Counted from the first letter of the stretch, positions 17,362 through 26,796 are shown. The stretch: DNA of 64,000 nt from Candidatus Doudnabacteria bacterium (GCA_963768175.1 CAVYGQ010000001.1:840717-904716), one strand, 5' to 3'. Made by a program: numbers and translations. The notes: generated by a model not told the origin, from the letters alone.

Positions 17362-18588
17362 ATGTCAGAAGAAAAACAGCAAAATGTAATTCCGGCGGCC
17401 GCGGCTACGGCCCAAACCATGGGCGACTTGCTCGGTAGTGGGATTGAAATTAAAGTTTTAAAACAGGGTGATATGGTGGAAGGCACCCTGATTTCCGTAG
17501 GCAAGAACGAAGTCTACGTGGACTTGGAAGGCTATGGCGTAGGCGTAGTGCGCGGGCGCGAACTTTACGACGACGAAGCCACCCTTAGTGCGCTCAAACC
17601 CGGCGACAAAATTTTTGTTTCCGTGGTAGAGCCGGAAAATAAGGAAGGCATTTCGGAACTGTCTTTGCGTCAGGCCGGCCAAGAGCGGGTTTGGCAGACG
17701 CTTAAAGAAAAAATGGAAAACAAGGAAGTTTTGCGCACCAAAATTTTGGAAGCCAATAAGGGTGGGCTGATGGTGGAAATCAACAACGTTATGGGTTTTT
17801 TGCCGGTCTCCCAGCTGTCGCTTGAGCATTATCCGCGCGTGGAAGACGGCGATAAAAACCGGATTTTAGGCGTCCTGCAAAGTTACATTGGCCAGTTGTT
17901 TGACGTGCAGATTATTACTGCTGACTCCGCCGAGGAAAAATTAATCGTCAGCGAAAAAGCCGTATTTGAAAAAGAGATGGAAAATCGCCTGGGCCAGCTG
18001 AAAATCGGCATGGTGGTGGAAGGCGCGGTTACCGGCGTGGTGGATTTCGGCGCTTTTGTGAAGTTTGGCGAAATGGAAGGGCTGGTCCATATAAGTGAGC
18101 TTGCCTGGCAGAGAATCGAAAATCCTAAAGATATTGTAAAAGTCGGGCAAAAAGTAACGGCTAAAATTATTTCCATAGATAAGGGCCGCGTCTCTTTGTC
18201 CATTAAGCAGCTGCAGGAAGACCCGTGGCTGGAAGCGGTAAAGAAATATCAAATCGGCCAGACCGTAAAAGGCAAGGTTGCCAAAATTATGCCCTTTGGC
18301 GTGTTTGTGGAGCTGGATAAAGATATCCAAGGGTTAGCCCATGTTATGGAATTGTCCCACGAAGCCGTAAAAAATCCGGAAGATATTTTAAAGCCTGGCG
18401 AAGAAAAGGAATTTAAAATTATTTCCATTGAACCGGCCGAGCATCGTTTGGGACTTTCTTTAAAAGCTTTGCAGGAAGCGCCCAAGAAGATTGCAGAGCC
18501 GCTGGTTGAAACTCCGCCAGTCGCAGATTCAAAACAGCAAGAAGAACCGGAGAAAGAAAACGAAGTCGTCCCGGAAGAAGCTAAGTAA
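17362..18588 (+). CDS. rpsA: 30S ribosomal protein S1
   Basis: 408 aa with repeated S1 domains (GxxVxGxVxxxxxxGxFVxL patterns, four or more). Confidence 0.9.
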   Translation: MSEEKQQNVIPAAAATAQTMGDLLGSGIEIKVLKQGDMVEGTLISVGKNEVYVDLEGYGVGVVRGRELYDDEATLSALKPGDKIFVSVVEPENKEGISELSLRQAGQERVWQTLKEKMENKEVLRTKILEANKGGLMVEINNVMGFLPVSQLSLEHYPRVEDGDKNRILGVLQSYIGQLFDVQIITADSAEEKLIVSEKAVFEKEMENRLGQLKIGMVVEGAVTGVVDFGAFVKFGEMEGLVHISELAWQRIENPKDIVKVGQKVTAKIISIDKGRVSLSIKQLQEDPWLEAVKKYQIGQTVKGKVAKIMPFGVFVELDKDIQGLAHVMELSHEAVKNPEDILKPGEEKEFKIISIEPAEHRLGLSLKALQEAPKKIAEPLVETPPVADSKQQEEPEKENEVVPEEAK

Positions 18589-18600
18589 GTCTGTGAATTT

Positions 18601-18634
18601 AAAAACCCCGCTTCTCGCGAGAAGCGGGGTTTTC
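18601..18634. terminator. Bidirectional terminator
   Basis: AAAAA CCCCGCTTCTC gcga GAGAAGCGGGG TTTTCC. Confidence 0.7.
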
Positions 18635-18648
18635 CATATCAGGATAAA

Positions 18649-18882
18649 TTACATTCCGGCCGGTTTGTTCGGCATCATAGGAGACGATGACGAACACGAT
18701 TTACAGTTGGCTTTGTGGGTGAATAACTCGTAAAGAGCGCCGAGGCCTACGAGCACATAAACAATTCTGGCAAGCGTTTCGCCAAGGTAAGTTACGACAT
18801 TAACACCAAACAATCCGACTATCAGCCAGACCAGCCCTCCAATTATAACCAGTATCCAGGCAATCATGTGTAGAGCTTTCAT
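18649..18882 (-). CDS. DUF378-family small membrane protein
   Basis: MKALHMIAWILVIIGGLVWLIVGLFGVNVV...LVGLGALYEL. The ATG at 18882 lies 8 nt after AAGGGGG. The track ORF starts at GTG 18891. Confidence 0.7.
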   Translation of the reverse strand: MKALHMIAWILVIIGGLVWLIVGLFGVNVVTYLGETLARIVYVLVGLGALYELFTHKANCKSCSSSSPMMPNKPAGM

Positions 18883-19169
18883 GTTGTTCACCCCCTTTTT
18901 ATCCGTCTTTGGAGATTTGGTTCAAAGGACGGAGCTTTTGTTTCTTTAAGTTTTAATTTCCGCAAAGACCTGCGCGGATAACCCTTTAATGCCCCGATAC
19001 AGCCAAGGCTAAGAGTCACCTCTAGTATACTGTTTAAGCCAGAAATTGCAAATCGGTTATCCCCCAGAGAGGAAATGACAAAAATGAACAAAAATTAAAA
19101 AATGACAAAAGTTATTGCAGTAGTATTTTTGTCATTTTTATTATTTATTTAATTTTTGTCATTATCCCC

Positions 19170-20597
19170 TTACCATCCGAACATTTTTCCGACCTCTTCC
19201 GACGTTTCACGGCGCCGGGCGATTTTAATTTCCCCGTTTTGGGCAATTAGCTTGGCCGGGGAAGACAGCAGGCAGTGGTGCGAGGCCAGGGAGTCTTGGT
19301 AGGCTCCGGTATCTAAAAATGCGATAAACAGTTCGTCTACATCTCCAAGGCGCGGAAGCAGTATATAGCCGCCGCCGGAGGTGTATTTGTCGTCGCTGTC
19401 GCAGGAACTGCCGGCCAGCCAGACCTTCTCGAGTTTTTTGGTTGTCATATTGTTGACCGGAATTACGTGCCATTTTTGGTGGATGGCCCAAGTATCAATT
19501 AAGTCATTCATAAAGCTGCCATCTATAACGTACCATTTGTTGTTGCCTTTATTGGTCACGGTTTTTTCGGCCAAGATTTTGTAAATGGTAATTTGCGCCG
19601 GCGCCGCAACATACCTGCCCCATTCGGCAATTAGATTGGGATGTCGTATGCCCAGTTTTTCGCTGTGGTTTTTTGCCGTTTTTACTAAGGCATGAATTAA
19701 ACTTTTGGCCGAGTAAAAATGTTTTTTCTTTTCGTAAGGCACGCCCGCCCCGCCGCCAATATCCAAAGTATCCAGTCCCGGATTTTTTTCCTTCAGCTTG
19801 GCGTAAAGTTCCAGCGCGCGCTTAAGCGGTTTGGCCATGCCGTCAATTTTTTCTATCTGGCTGGAAATGTGGTAGTGCAAAACCGAGAGGTTGCGGACTT
19901 TCCCCAAATCCAAAAGTTCTTTTTCCGTAAAGCCGTAACGGTTAAATTTTTTATCCCAATGGCTGTTGACTTTAAGGTCTAAATTTACGCGCACGCCCAT
20001 CTCGCCTTTGAATTTGGACATGTGTTCCAGTTCCACATAATCTTCTATAATCGGGATAACAATTAACCCTTTGGCTTTTAGCTCGTCAATTAATTCAATA
20101 TATTTGGGGGTCTTGGGGCCGTTACAAATAACGCGGATTTTGGAATTAAATTTATCCTGCTCTATCATCCTTTTAACTAAAAACAGCTCATTAGCGCTTG
20201 CTACGTCCAGGTTGGCGCCTTCGGCTACCGCCGGCAAAACAATTTCCTTGTTTTGGTTGACCTTCATGGCGTAGTGGTAGTAAAATTTGCCGCGGTAGCC
20301 CAATACTTTAATGTAGGCGTTAAAGGTTTCAATAAGGTCGCGCACGCGGCTTTCAATAACGGTGGGAAAAACAATTTCCGTTGCCGTGCCGTATTTTTTT
20401 ACAATATCAAAAATATTGTATTGGAAGTTCCCCTCCCTTACAATCAACTCGCCGTCCGGAGAAATGTCGAACATCTGGGTGTTGTATTCTTCAATGCCCA
20501 AACGCCAGAATTTTTTAGAGTCATTCTTTTTTTTCTTTGCTCGAGCTGTTGGGGTCATACGTGCGATTAGGTTGGAAGAGGACTGTCCTCTGGCCAC
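19170..20597 (-). CDS. speA: PLP-dependent (fold type III) arginine decarboxylase-like enzyme
   Basis: 475 aa. YHYAMKVNQNKEIV carries the PLP lysine. Also DIGGGAGVPY and a C-terminal beta-barrel domain. Substrate is inferred from size and context only. Confidence 0.65.
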   Translation of the reverse strand: MARGQSSSNLIARMTPTARAKKKKNDSKKFWRLGIEEYNTQMFDISPDGELIVREGNFQYNIFDIVKKYGTATEIVFPTVIESRVRDLIETFNAYIKVLGYRGKFYYHYAMKVNQNKEIVLPAVAEGANLDVASANELFLVKRMIEQDKFNSKIRVICNGPKTPKYIELIDELKAKGLIVIPIIEDYVELEHMSKFKGEMGVRVNLDLKVNSHWDKKFNRYGFTEKELLDLGKVRNLSVLHYHISSQIEKIDGMAKPLKRALELYAKLKEKNPGLDTLDIGGGAGVPYEKKKHFYSAKSLIHALVKTAKNHSEKLGIRHPNLIAEWGRYVAAPAQITIYKILAEKTVTNKGNNKWYVIDGSFMNDLIDTWAIHQKWHVIPVNNMTTKKLEKVWLAGSSCDSDDKYTSGGGYILLPRLGDVDELFIAFLDTGAYQDSLASHHCLLSSPAKLIAQNGEIKIARRRETSEEVGKMFGW

Positions 20598-20688
20598 AAT
20601 TAATATCGTTTAATAAATAATAGCTTGGTATTTATAGATCATTTTCTAAAATTATCAGTCTCTGCCAGAGGACAGTCCTCGTCATCAA

Positions 20689-21867
20689 TTATTGGTTAAT
20701 GTGTACTACCTTGGCCACCGGGAAGCCATTAAAGTCGGTGGCCGAGGCTAAAGTATAGGCGCCAATGTTTTCCGCGTAAAGCAAATCGTCAATCTGTAAA
20801 TCCTCCGGCAGTTCGTCTGCCAAGGAAATCGTATCAAACGCATCGCAGGTCGGACCGAAAGTTGCGCAAACTTTCAAATCGCCGTCCTTAAAAGAATGAA
20901 GCGGGTAATGCTGGTGGTCGTAAACCTGGCCGGAGAAAGTATGGTACACGCCGTCATCTAGATAATAACAGGTCTTGCCATCACGGATAGATTTGCCGAT
21001 AATTTTGGTAATCAAAGTGCAGGCCGTGGCAACCATAAATCGTCCGGGTTCGGCAATAACTTGAATATTGTCTTTTCCAAACAAGCGCTTTATTTCCGAA
21101 TTCAGTTTTTTGGCAAGTATGGTAAAAGATTTGGCGTCAGAGTCGTATTTTACCGGAAAGCCGCCGCCGATGTCCAAAACCTTTTTTCTCTTTTTCTCTT
21201 TGTCTAGAAAACCGATTTCAAACCCGCGCAGTTGCGCTTCTTTAAAAATTGAAGAGCAGATTTGCAAGGCTTGAATGTAATTGTCAAAATTATTGCATTG
21301 GCTGCCGACGTGGAAACTGATGCCTTCCACGCCTAGACCTAAATTAATGGCTTCCGCAATCAAATCCACCGCTTCGCCCGGATGCGCGCCGAATTTGGAA
21401 GACAGCTCTACCATGCTTCCGGTATTGGGGACGCGTATTCTTAATATTAAACCGACATCGGGGGCATGCTGTTTGATTTTTTTCAGCTCCTCTATGTTGT
21501 CAAAGGTTACCAAAATTTTATAAGGGTTAAGTTTGGTCAAAACTTTAGCCGGCTTAATGGTATTGGCATAGATTATTTTGTCCCAAATAAAATCCTGTCG
21601 CTCTTTTTCCGGCCAGTCTTCAATGTGCTTATAAACCAATTTGAATTCAAAAATGGAGGCCACGTCAAAGCTTGAGCCCATATTGAACATGGTCTTGATA
21701 ATCTCCGGATTGGAGTTGGCTTTAACTGCGAAATATAGTTGCACGTCCGGCAGTTTTTCTCTAAATTCTTTAAAATTTTGCTTTAAGATTTCGTGGTCAA
21801 CCACGAACAACGGGGTACCATTTTTAGCTGCCAATTCTAGCAAAAGTTTTTTGCGTTCTTGGGTCAT
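20689..21867 (-). CDS. Ornithine/lysine/DAP decarboxylase family (fold type III PLP) enzyme
   Basis: 392 aa. LYFAVKANSNPEIIKTM, DIGGGFPVKY and EPGRFMVA motifs. Confidence 0.75.
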   Translation of the reverse strand: MTQERKKLLLELAAKNGTPLFVVDHEILKQNFKEFREKLPDVQLYFAVKANSNPEIIKTMFNMGSSFDVASIFEFKLVYKHIEDWPEKERQDFIWDKIIYANTIKPAKVLTKLNPYKILVTFDNIEELKKIKQHAPDVGLILRIRVPNTGSMVELSSKFGAHPGEAVDLIAEAINLGLGVEGISFHVGSQCNNFDNYIQALQICSSIFKEAQLRGFEIGFLDKEKKRKKVLDIGGGFPVKYDSDAKSFTILAKKLNSEIKRLFGKDNIQVIAEPGRFMVATACTLITKIIGKSIRDGKTCYYLDDGVYHTFSGQVYDHQHYPLHSFKDGDLKVCATFGPTCDAFDTISLADELPEDLQIDDLLYAENIGAYTLASATDFNGFPVAKVVHINQ

Positions 21868-21904
21868 TAGAAAGTTAATAACACTTTTAATTATTCACGC
21901 TTTC

Positions 21905-22459
21905 TTAGAGTATCTGATGATTTTTTGACAAACTTAAACCATGCGATAACAACCAGGCCTCAACCTCTTTAGCTATTTTTTCGCTCATCCAATAACCCCT
22001 GGAAAGAGCAGCAATATCGGTTTTGGTAAGATCTTCAATAGTTTGAATGTTTGATCGTTTTGCCGTGGTATAAAAAGAGTTCGTGGCTCTAGTTCTTGAA
22101 AGCTTAATTATTGTCACTGGTTGTTTTAACAATTCTTGCTTAATATGTATCTCATTTTCTGCTATACGTTCTGCTTCCTTGTCTAATAAAGGTTTAAGTT
22201 TCCTAATCTCCGGATTAGTTTTTTCGTTTCGAGAAAGATCGCGAATAGGTTTTTCAATTTCAGCCATGGTTTCAGCTGTAATTGGATCTTCCACTTGGTT
22301 TATTCTTCTCTCTATTTCTTCGGAGCGGCGTTGAGTATTTTCAGGATTCACGAAATACCCTTTCTTATTATCATTCCCGCGAAAGCGGAAATTAGATTCC
22401 CGATCAGCTTTGGAATGACATAATGATAATAAATTATGGAATAAACCTAAAATTCTCAA
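21905..22459 (-). CDS. Hypothetical protein with RpoA C-terminal-domain-like helix-hairpin-helix
   Basis: C-terminus IKLSRTRATNSFYTTAKRSNIQTIEDLTKTDIAALSRG...IAKEVEAWLLSHGLSL resembles the alpha-CTD HhH. The start is uncertain. The annotated start overlaps the hss stop by 26 nt, and an internal ATG at 22267 is possible. Confidence 0.45.
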   Translation of the reverse strand: MRILGLFHNLLSLCHSKADRESNFRFRGNDNKKGYFVNPENTQRRSEEIERRINQVEDPITAETMAEIEKPIRDLSRNEKTNPEIRKLKPLLDKEAERIAENEIHIKQELLKQPVTIIKLSRTRATNSFYTTAKRSNIQTIEDLTKTDIAALSRGYWMSEKIAKEVEAWLLSHGLSLSKNHQIL

Positions 22460-23924
22460 ACTGCCAAACGTCCGCGGCCGGTTTGCTGGCCGGGTTTTCT
22501 TTGAAGTAGATTTTACGATTCTTTAGGGGCGTCCAGTCAGACGGCGTGGAAATAAAGTCGCCGAGATAAGGTTTTGCAATATCCAGCACAAAATCGTGCG
22601 GCAAGTCGTCAGGCAGGCAAATACCTTTTTTCGGATTTTCAAACATCCATAGTACGGCGGCAATTACGCCTAGCGCGACCTGTAAAGTGGTGGCATTTTG
22701 GCCAGGTGCCAGCCTCCGGGCTTCCTGTATGCTTAAATCGCTCCCTGTCCACCAAGAATTATACCGATGCCCCATCAGTAGCGCGCCTAAAATGTCCGCC
22801 CCGGAAGTAATCTCATCTTCCAAAATTCTTATCTTGGACTGCATTTCGTAATTCCTGCCGCGAAGTTCGCATAAAGAAGATAGTGTTTCGTGGCACGGCA
22901 TATACGCGTAATGCACTGTCGGGCGGTAAACTGCCCTATCTCCATCCCAAACTGTTAACCTGTCGGATAACCCAAATGCTTCGCCGTGGCGAATGACCAT
23001 GCCCACAATTTCTTCGTTGGGAATCCATGACCTTACCCAGGTATTAATTCCCATTTGGGAGAGCATAATCTGATTTTTTGGCCCGTAAGGCGGAATATTA
23101 GCCAAGTCCGGTAGCCTTTGTTCGTGTGTGCCCCAACCCATCTCGGCCGGCGCGGTTCCTTCTTCCCGCAAGCCTTCCACGCTCCAGGTTCCTACAAATT
23201 CATCAACTTCTTTTGGGCGATTGGTAATTTGCGTGTCGCGCTCGCTGCAGTGGATTACTTTGATTCCCAATTTTTGTCCGAGCAAATTGAATTTGAGGTT
23301 TTTAATATAATTTTCCAGTTCTTCCCTGTCTTTGCCAGCCACTTTTTTATCTGCGATTGTTTTATTGCCGATATCAATCAATCCTTGTTTGACAAAATGG
23401 GAGATCAAACCGGGGTTTGCGCCATGGTCCACGACTGCCGTAGTGGCGTCTTTCCAGTCTTTGGACATGTCGTGCAGTTTCATTTGGCGCCAGTAAAGCG
23501 ATTTTTCAAATGGGCTGTCAGTAAATAATCCCTTAATGGAATCCCAGATTTCAACCGAAGTATTTACATACAAAACATTATGGTCGTGGCACCAGCCGAT
23601 AATATCATTAGCACCAATATTCCATGCCAAATCTATAATCAGGCCGCCCTTGTCTGTGTATTTGGCCAACTCCGGGCCTAGGTTTTCCGGCGTAATCCTG
23701 TTGCGTACAAATTTGATGCCCTTGTCCGTGAATTTTTTTAAAGCCGCTGCTTTGTCTTCAAAATCCATTACCGTGACGTTTTTTGGGTCAACCTCAATTT
23801 TTTCCAGCAGAATCGGCAGGGTGCACTGCGACACCGCGCCATAACCGATAATCAAAATTTTGCGGTCAAACTTTTTTTTTCCGCCGGAGGCGGATCCGCC
23901 TTTAGCGGACATACGTTTTTCCAT
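22434..23924 (-). CDS. hss: Homospermidine synthase-like (saccharopine dehydrogenase family) enzyme
   Basis: 496 aa. KILIIGYGAVSQCTLPILLEKI resembles the bacterial HSS Rossmann N-terminus. The N-terminus carries the AKGGSASGG palindromic insert. Confidence 0.7.
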   Translation of the reverse strand: MEKRMSAKGGSASGGKKKFDRKILIIGYGAVSQCTLPILLEKIEVDPKNVTVMDFEDKAAALKKFTDKGIKFVRNRITPENLGPELAKYTDKGGLIIDLAWNIGANDIIGWCHDHNVLYVNTSVEIWDSIKGLFTDSPFEKSLYWRQMKLHDMSKDWKDATTAVVDHGANPGLISHFVKQGLIDIGNKTIADKKVAGKDREELENYIKNLKFNLLGQKLGIKVIHCSERDTQITNRPKEVDEFVGTWSVEGLREEGTAPAEMGWGTHEQRLPDLANIPPYGPKNQIMLSQMGINTWVRSWIPNEEIVGMVIRHGEAFGLSDRLTVWDGDRAVYRPTVHYAYMPCHETLSSLCELRGRNYEMQSKIRILEDEITSGADILGALLMGHRYNSWWTGSDLSIQEARRLAPGQNATTLQVALGVIAAVLWMFENPKKGICLPDDLPHDFVLDIAKPYLGDFISTPSDWTPLKNRKIYFKENPASKPAADVWQFENFRFIP

Positions 23925-24085
23925 ATTAAACTTAGATTTAGGGGTAAAAAATAAAAAGACAAACCCTTTTTGAGAATTTGCCTATAATGAACTAAGCCAT
24001 TGGATTGACTTGCAGGTTTCAGATGCGTTAGCCGTGCGAATGTCTTTTCTGTTCACCTCTCTATAAAATATTAAATATTACACCT

Positions 24086-24114
24086 AATTTAACATCTGCA
24101 GCCGGGTTTGTCAA
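24086..24114 (-). promoter_or_regulatory. Sigma70-like promoter for hss (minus strand)
   Basis: On the minus strand: TTGACA, 17 nt, TAAATT. This implies a 5' UTR of about 150 nt. Confidence 0.4.
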
Positions 24115-24167
24115 ATCTTGATTTAAAAGCCGATTTCAAGTAAAATAAAAAAGCTATTTACTGATTT

Positions 24168-24244
24168 GGCGCAGTGGTGAAGTAGTCCAACACGGCGGTC
24201 TGCAAAACCGCTATCCATGGGTGCAAATCCCATCTGCGCCTCCA
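24168..24244 (+). tRNA. tRNA-Cys (GCA), CCA encoded
   Basis: Acceptor GGCGCAG/CTGCGCC, anticodon stem GCGGT/ACCGC, loop CTGCAAA. T arm is ATGGG TGCAAAT CCCAT (G at position 55). Confidence 0.8.
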
Positions 24245-24388
24245 CTTCTTCGCTAAAGCTACGAAGTGCGAGCAACTTAGTTGGTATGCTCATTTTAATA
24301 GTTAACTGTAAATTTTAGAAGCGAAGAAGTGCCCTACGTAGCCTTGGCGAAGTAGGGCAGAAAACGGCTATATTCGGTGTCCTTATGT

Positions 24389-24473
24389 GCCCGGGTGGCG
24401 TAATTGGCAGCCGCGCTTGACTTAAGATCAAGTGCCGAAAGGCGTGCGGGTTCGAGTCCCGCCCTGGGCACCA
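24389..24473 (+). tRNA. tRNA-Leu (UAA), CCA encoded
   Basis: Acceptor GCCCGGG/CCTGGGC, anticodon arm CTTGA CTTAAGA TCAAG, long variable arm, T arm GCGGG TTCGAGT CCCGC. Confidence 0.9.
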
Positions 24474-24483
24474 CGAACAAATT

Positions 24484-24511
24484 AAAACCCTCCCTGTGCA
24501 GGGAGGGTTTT
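24484..24511. terminator. Bidirectional terminator
   Basis: AAAA CCCTCCCTG tgc AGGGAGGG TTTTA. Confidence 0.7.
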
Positions 24512-24518
24512 ATGGTTA

Positions 24519-25205
24519 TTATTGCGCGATTGTCGCCAATTCCCGGTCAGATTGTTGGGTAATGGCGCTGGCCCTGGCTATTTCTGTCCTTTCCATGTTG
24601 GAGAAGTTTTCAAGCTCTTGGAGCTGGGCAAACATTTTTTTGGAGCCGACTTTCCAGTTATAGCTATAAGGCTGGACATAAACGCCATCCATTTTATCCA
24701 AGGTCCAACCATTATAACGGGTTGCCAACACGCTGCTCATATCATCAATCCACTCGCTATAGTTATTATATTTTTTTAGGTATTCCTGACCTCCGATGCC
24801 GCTGCAGTTATAGTAATAACTGTGAGCACACATGTTGCTTTCCACAAAACTTATAGCTACAACGGTTTTCCAGTTATCGTGACTGAGTAGTTGGCTGGCA
24901 AAACCTTGGAGAGGCGAATTATTATCTTGCAGGAAAGCCTGCAAGTTAACCGTTAAAGGGTCTGTAGTCTGGATATCGTTTAAAGTTATGGAATTTTGGC
25001 TGATATTTTGTTTTGGAGCGGAACCAAGCAAACTTGGGTCCGAGATGTTGATTTCAAAAACTTGAGCTGTTGATTGCCCTGAAGCCTGTAGCGCGGCGGC
25101 TGATGCTAACTGCGGTTGTAACAACGGGGTTAGCAAGACCAAAGCAATAATGCCGACAAAAGAGCTTTGATCTATGGCAGACTTGAGAGTTAAAAGAGCT
25201 TTCAT
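24519..25205 (-). CDS. Secreted/anchored hypothetical protein (228 aa)
   Basis: N-terminal hydrophobic segment FVGIIALVLLTPLL..ASA. No family recognised. Confidence 0.6.
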   Translation of the reverse strand: MKALLTLKSAIDQSSFVGIIALVLLTPLLQPQLASAAALQASGQSTAQVFEINISDPSLLGSAPKQNISQNSITLNDIQTTDPLTVNLQAFLQDNNSPLQGFASQLLSHDNWKTVVAISFVESNMCAHSYYYNCSGIGGQEYLKKYNNYSEWIDDMSSVLATRYNGWTLDKMDGVYVQPYSYNWKVGSKKMFAQLQELENFSNMERTEIARASAITQQSDRELATIAQ

Positions 25206-25616
25206 TCTTTAAATCAAACTCCTTTCTCCCCTGTCCCGATTCGCCATCTGGCGGACTATCGAGAAAGTACATTATGTTAAAGTGCGACTGTTGGACCCGT
25301 TCCTGTCCGCCAGTTGGCGGATTAAGGAACGTCAGCCGTCCCGCCAAAGCCTAGAAGGCCTTTTTGGGATACACGCTTACTTTTACCCTGTTAAATGCCG
25401 TTTTACGGCTTCTGCCTAAAAGGAAGAAATTTAACTGGGTAAACAAAAAAGTGCTAAAAAGCACCTTTACTATTTAATTATACTCTTTAAGGAGACCTTT
25501 TTCAAGGTCTTTTAGCCATTTTATCGCTCAAATAAGACAAAAAACATTATATTACTGGCAAAATAGGCAATAAAAAACCCCTTGTTTAAAAGAGATTTTT
25601 TATAAAAATTTTAGTT

Positions 25617-26510
25617 TTAAGGCCTGGTCGCCTTGCAATATTTATAAACCTGATAGCCGTAAACGGTAACTAAAGGGGTCCAAACAAGCGAAAAAATATT
25701 GCCTATCCACGAAAGATTATTATATTTTATGCCTGTTAGTGAGCCAAAAATTGCTAAAATAATCATCAAACCAATATAAATGCCAAAAGTTATAATACCA
25801 ACATAAAACAGCTTGCCAAAAATTTGGCTGATTCTTCCTTTTACGTAATATTTGCTTCTTTTTAGCGCGGCGGTGTTGTTTAGGCCTTCTTCTATGACTA
25901 TATATGGCGACTGGCTGAACCATAAAGCAAAAATTATGCCCGGTATTATAAATAAAATCATCCCTCCTAATACCGCCAAGCCGTTAAGCAGGCCGGTAAA
26001 AAAGAATGGGTTTATTTTAGGGCGAGACCTTTTAAAAGACTCTTTCCAGCCAATACCTTCCGTTTGGTCTTTTATGGCGTATAGCTGTGCCACGGTCGCC
26101 CAAACATAAAGATAAATAAAGAAGATAACGGCGATCGCGGCTAAAATTATTCCAACAATGGCCAAGACCTGGATACTGCCGGGGCTTTGTTTAAGAAGTC
26201 CTCCCGTGATGGCGGCTATTAGGGCTCCCAAAAGTATAAATAGCAAGTAACATGTTGCGGGTATTAATATAATAGTGATTAAGGTTTTAAAACGGTTTTT
26301 GTAAATTGCCCAAGACTCCTTTAGGATTTGTTTGGATTTGGGGAGTTCGGCGGCAACCGGCAAGGGTGCGCCGGAAGTCATACCGGCAAAAGCCTGTTCC
26401 ACATCTTGCGCTCGCCAGCCCTTAGCAAGCAAGGCCGTGGTAATTTCTTCTTTATTTTTGCCGGTTTGCGTTTGTTGTTTTATATAATCCAAGAGTTGTT
26501 GGGTAACCAT
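25617..26510 (-). CDS. Polytopic membrane protein (297 aa), hypothetical
   Basis: Soluble N-terminal helix bundle (LLDYIKQQTQTGKNKEEITTALLAKGWRAQDVEQAF), then about six hydrophobic helices. Confidence 0.65.
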   Translation of the reverse strand: MVTQQLLDYIKQQTQTGKNKEEITTALLAKGWRAQDVEQAFAGMTSGAPLPVAAELPKSKQILKESWAIYKNRFKTLITIILIPATCYLLFILLGALIAAITGGLLKQSPGSIQVLAIVGIILAAIAVIFFIYLYVWATVAQLYAIKDQTEGIGWKESFKRSRPKINPFFFTGLLNGLAVLGGMILFIIPGIIFALWFSQSPYIVIEEGLNNTAALKRSKYYVKGRISQIFGKLFYVGIITFGIYIGLMIILAIFGSLTGIKYNNLSWIGNIFSLVWTPLVTVYGYQVYKYCKATRP

Positions 26511-26621
26511 AGGTTTTTGTTTGATTATTTATTCTACTTATAGTTTAACCTAGAATCTAATAAACGCAAATTTAAAAGTCTGATGCTAACAAAAAACACC
26601 ATCTTACAATGATGTCTTTTG

Positions 26622-26695
26622 TGGAGCGGCTAACGGGAATCGGACCCGTCCCCCAACCTTGGCAAGGTCGCGTACTACCACTATACTATAGCCGC
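26622..26695 (-). tRNA. tRNA-Gly (GCC), CCA encoded
   Basis: Minus strand: GCGGCTA..TAGCCGC acceptor, anticodon arm CGACC TTGCCAA GGTTG. T arm is ACGGG TCCGATT CCCGT (C at position 55). Confidence 0.85.
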
Positions 26696-26720
26696 GTAAA
26701 ATTATTATATCAGATTTTTT

Positions 26721-26796
26721 TGGTGCCGGGCCCCAGAGTTCGAACTGGGCACGCCTGCCTCTTCAGGGCAGCGCTCTACCGATGAGCTAGCCCGGC
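26721..26796 (-). tRNA. tRNA-Phe (GAA), CCA encoded, atypical T arm
   Basis: Minus strand: GCCGGGC/GCCCGGC acceptor, anticodon arm CTGCC CTGAAGA GGCAG. The T arm CCCAG TTCGAACT CTGGG needs an 8-nt loop or a bulged stem. Confidence 0.75.
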
